A DNA stretch of 64,000 nt from Hemiscyllium ocellatum (lineage: Eukaryota): positions 9,847,534 to 9,911,533 of the forward strand of contig NC_083409.1 of the NCBI RefSeq assembly GCF_020745735.1, in the 5' to 3' direction. A program made the translations under genes and the position numbers. Of the stretch, positions 60,073 through 64,000 are shown piece after piece (positions within the stretch are counted from its first letter, which is position 1; each line of letters starts with the position of its first letter). The notes beneath the pieces were generated by a model. It saw only the letters and a list, made by a program, of their open reading frames with translations. It did no database searches and was not told the origin of the DNA.

Positions 60073-62636
60073 TTATACAAATATAATGAGTCCATTTAGT
60101 CTTTGTATTCTCAATAATTTGTGCTTCCTCTTGCGAGTCATTGTCCGGAGGATCAGAGCGGAAAGATACTGGATTTCATTGGAGTCGTTCAGACGTGGAG
60201 CTACAGGGGTAGGCAAGGGTCGATTAACAAGATTGCTTTTTGCCTTAGCCAAAGAGGAATGTATGGTCCATTCCATGCACAAGTGGACAACACTGTATAT
60301 TCCTCGGATGAGACTGAGGACTATCAGTACGTTCCACGTGATCCATCCACACAGCGACCAAAGCCAGCAAGGAACACTCCATCCATATGGATCGGACAAT
60401 GGTTGGGCAGGTATCTTCCCTGCACCTTGACCCGTTTTGTTGATAACATCTATGTTGTCCAAAATGTCTTTAGAGAAATCATTGATGTAGATGCAACATT
60501 GCGGGCCAATAACAGAACAAGCACCTCCTCCTTTAGCAAGGAGGAAATGTAGCACTAGCCAATTCTGAAGTGTTACCATCCAGGTCTCCTGTACCTCTTT
60601 GTTCACCAGCTTCAAAGCGTGGGCAGTTGAGTTGGCAAGTTTTCCGATGTCGTACGCAAGGTCAGTTGTCTGATCTCGGGCCTTCTCAACATCCCAGCCA
60701 GGAGTAAGGCCTCCCAGCAATTTGCATCACCAGGTTTATTGATGGAAAGTTGTGTAAGTCCTGTTTGTATTTCCTTATTTCCTCTACATTTTGTTCCATA
60801 CTGCTTCACATGTTGGTAGGCGTTCATTCATCACCTACCTCAGGTACTTCATGGTGGAGGGTAACAAATGGTAAATTTTGTACTAGGGCACAACATTGGT
60901 ACCAGTCATTGGGTAGATATGGGTAGCCTTTGTTTTCACATCGCCAATGAAGGCTAAAAGGAGTTCCAAAGGCGCACTTCTGTGAGTGAATGACGAGTCC
61001 ACTCAGGGCGAGAGCTGACTCTTGTAAACAGCGGGTGCTATCAAACGTTTGGATGTCCAAGTGTATTAATGAATGAAGAGCAGGAGTATCACCAGTGTCT
61101 TTGATAACATTCTTACACAGTGCTGGCTTCACATTCCCCATGTCGTGAGTGGCAGAAGTTCTTTCAACGCACCATTCTAGTGCACTTCACACAGCGACGT
61201 GCTTCTTCTACCGAATGGGTTTTGCCAGCATAAGTGAGGGGTTGCATAAGTGTGAGAGTCCTATTTGTACACTGGACATCAGAATGATGGAAGAGTGAGC
61301 AAATAACACACGGATCAAGGGTTTAGCTTGAATCAAGAAACCATTGGTAACAGATGGGAGATTGGGAGTACATAGTATTTTTGATCTTTCTTCAGCTTTC
61401 CAGCATGTCTTCTGAATTACAGTAGCTATTGAATACAGGAACTGTATACAGAGGAACCTCGATTATCCAAGTGAGATGGGCCGGCACTATTTCATTCAGA
61501 TAATTGATTGATTATTTGGTTAATTGATTTCCTCTGGGTCTGTGAAGTCTGATCCCCGATCAGGAGACTCAGCAAAAGCACATTGCTTGCGAGAACCTGT
61601 CTGCCCCCAATCCCGCCACCCTCAACCCTGCCCACACCCCCACCCCAAACCCAAACCCATCGTCTGTCCAATCCCAGCCTGCCCCCCTCACCCGGTCCCA
61701 CCCCCATCCATCCCCACCTACCATCCGAACCCCCGACTGCGTGCTCACCCCCCCCCCCCCCACCCCCCACTGTGGGGCAGCCGGACTGTACACCAATAGT
61801 AAGACTGCTGCTGCCTTTGTGGGATAAGTCTCCAAATAGCGCGCGCAACATTTTGACAGGTTCTGCCTCTGCCCTGTACAGGGCAACGTTGGAGTGATAA
61901 TCTGGGGATGGGGGGTGGGGTTGGCATTCACCCAATGTGTAGAAGTCCAGGGAGATTGTTGGGGGAGGGAGAGAAAAGGCAGGAGGTCAGCCATTTGGAG
62001 ATGGTGCCTGGACTGTTCAGGACTGTCCTCGGCAGCATTTCAGTGAGCTGAGTTTGCTTTTGCTCATTTGTACCTGTAAACAGAAGACGTGATCAGGATT
62101 GAAATTGCTCTTTGATGTAATGTTTCTATCGGGACCTTAAGATCACCTTCGGATAATCCGATATTTGGATTAACGAGGAACCTATGTAAAGGTATTTCTG
62201 TCACTGGTGGTAGGTCAGATAGGAGAAGATGCCATTGAGAAGGCATAGGTTGTCTGTCTCATGGTGAAAGGTGCCTGAGGGTTTGGTGATTTTGGTGTTA
62301 TGTGCTCAATACTGCAATCCGTACGGTTCGTTTTGAGGGGAACAGACAAACATTTCAAAGTAACAGTTTTCGGTTGATGGAGTGGCTGAGGTTATGGAAT
62401 TGTGCCATCTCATGATGGCTGGCTTGGAAGTGTTGCGAGGATAATGACAAGGTCGAGAGTGATATTTGGATACAAAATGTGAGCAGTTTAACTGAGTTTT
62501 TCAGCTGGGCAGCTGCATTCATAACTTCCAATGTATTAGTACAGGTTTCATATATACAGTACCTTGGAGTTTTAGCCAGTCTAAGATAACATAGGTCGGT
62601 TACATCTGGACATATGTACTTGGGTTGGGTTTTCAT
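60073..62636 (-). pseudogene. env: ERV env remnant (gamma-type TM), frameshifted and interrupted by a MITE
   Basis: ORF 60073-60720: fusion-peptide-like LLGGLTPGW, heptad region, immunosuppressive-domain-like LQNWLVLHFLL, CX6CC (CSVIGPQCC), Trp-rich region and membrane span. Cys-rich SU pieces at 60824-61141 and 62355-62636. Confidence 0.88.
61449..62186. mobile_element. Non-autonomous pogo/Tigger-type (Tc1/mariner superfamily) MITE inserted in ERV env
   Basis: 5' TIR CAGAGGAACCTCGATTATCC, degenerate 3' TIR (TTTGGATTAACGAGGAACCTATG), TA on both sides (61447-8, 62187-8). No transposase ORF recognised. Confidence 0.7.
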
Positions 62637-62639
62637 CGG

Positions 62640-64000
62640 ATACCTGTATCAGTGCTAACACAGGACTGTGAGGGGGATACAAGCTTGCAATGTCCTTTGT
62701 TGACCCATGTTGAACATCCTTCTACCTTTACTGCAGTTTCAGTTGTCAGAAAAGCTTGATAAGGCCCAGTTTTTGATGATTAAAGTCTTTCAATCATACG
62801 TAGTCACCAGGGTTGATATTTTTAAACATTGGAGCTCGCTCTTCATCCTTCCCTGGTACTTGATAGGCTACTTTGACCAGTTGATGATACGACTGCAATG
62901 CTTTGGTCAACTTAATCAGGTACATGTGCATTTCTTCTGCCATGATATGCCCATCAACAGGGTGTTGGGGACTTAATGGTGCGGACCAGGGAGTCCTCAG
63001 GAGCTTTCCATATATCAGTTCAGCCGCTGAGAATCCCGTCTTTTTCTATGTCATGGTTTCCTCATATTAAACAGAGCTTTTGGGAATACTTGAAGCCAAT
63101 TATGACCAGTTTCTTTCACCAACTTGCTGAGCTGACCTTTTGAACTTACAATTGGCTCTTTCTACAATTCCCGCTGCTTGGAGATGGTTGGCACAATGGA
63201 ATTTCTGACTTGTATTCAAACTCTTACATTGTGGGTTGGTTAGCTCCGCACAGAAGTGGGAGCCATTATCAGAAAAGACCGTTAATGGTATTCCAAATCT
63301 GGGTATGATTTCCCTTAACAGAATTTTACAAGTAGTTGTTGCTGTGCAGTCAGTGCAGGGATAAACTCCAATCCATTTATTAAATACATTGATTATCACT
63401 CAGCAATACTTATAACAATGGCATCTTGGTGACTGTCTAAAATTTCACTGGATCGTGTCAAAAGGTGCACTTGGCAAGGGAATTTCACCTGGGGGACACT
63501 TCACTCCTTTCCTGAGATTAATGTTTTGACAAATTTGGCAATTTGAAGCTGTTTGTTTTGATTTTTCTTGCAGGTGGGGATTCCACCAAGTTTGGAGAAT
63601 TCTGTCCACCATTCCCCCCTCAATTCCATGTGCATGTGTTTGAACATGATCAACTAGAATAGGCAGAAGTGAATCGGGCAGACATGTCTATTCTACCAGC
63701 GTAACCCAAAGCTTATTGCAGCTATTTACATAACAACCATGGTTCATCCATTTTTGTTTTCATTAATCAGTGGTGTCCCCCTGTTGGATCCAAAGTTCTT
63801 CTAGGTCCGGCAGGGTCGGGGTGTGAGAAGAGGAAATCGGAGAGTCTCCCTTTGGTTTCTGATTCGTCATTTGAGTAACCATGTCTTTTTGCTCAAAAGC
63901 TGTTTTCTCAGCAGCTGTGTCAGCGGCATTGGTGCTTTTAGTGACATCGGCAGCATCAGAGGAGTGAGCCGAACATTTGACAATTGCCGATTGAAAGGGA
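62640..64000 (-). pseudogene. pol: ERV pol remnant (RNase H and integrase)
   Basis: ORF 63100-63399 IINVFNKWIGVYPC...REIIPRFGIPLTVFSDNGSHF...VERAN. Flanking frames give RNase H and the IN C-terminal domain with stops. Confidence 0.88.

Larger units (their letters stand above)
58351..64000 (-). mobile_element. Defective class I (gamma/epsilon-like) endogenous retrovirus, 3' part (RNase H-integrase-env-3'LTR)
   Basis: On the - strand: RNase H (AIVKCSAH...NAADTAAEK), IN zinc finger (CQIC), IN core (FSDNGSHF...GIVERAN), IN C-terminus (TAVKVEG), env TM, PPT and LTR. Multiple stops and frameshifts. Confidence 0.9.

Noticed and set aside
61492-61994. Overlapping Pro/Gly-rich ORFs
   Set aside because: They arise from the C-rich low-complexity interior of the MITE.

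Overview
Repeat-rich genomic DNA from a cartilaginous fish. HE1/V-SINE-type SINEs and an NS4-like Ig light chain suggest a carpet or bamboo shark (inference). The main gene is an immunoglobulin kappa-type (shark type III, NS4-like) light chain on the + strand: leader exon 15132-15180, a V-J exon already joined in the germline at 15366-15689 with no RSS, and a C exon at 27374-27702. These splice into an intact 233-aa ORF, although an assembly gap lies in the J-C intron. Downstream are an inverted, 5'-truncated second C-kappa copy with its 3'UTR (38901-39698) and an old inverted duplication (about 33.1-36.2 kb versus 41.5-44.0 kb). That duplication holds a 259-bp near-identical core next to a CTCF-like site. 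Most other sequence is mobile DNA: many CR1/L2 LINE fragments, HE1-type SINEs, a Gmr1-like Gypsy remnant, and several Penelope-like element (PLE) families carrying minimal hammerhead-ribozyme motifs in inverted repeats. From 58351 to the window end is the 3' half of a defective class I (gamma/epsilon-like) endogenous retrovirus on the - strand, with an apparently about 1.7-kb LTR and a pogo/Tigger-type MITE in env. A CpG-island promoter of an unidentified gene lies at about 57.0-57.6 kb. Two N gaps are present (13205-13357, 17632-17816). All alignments and identities were judged by eye.
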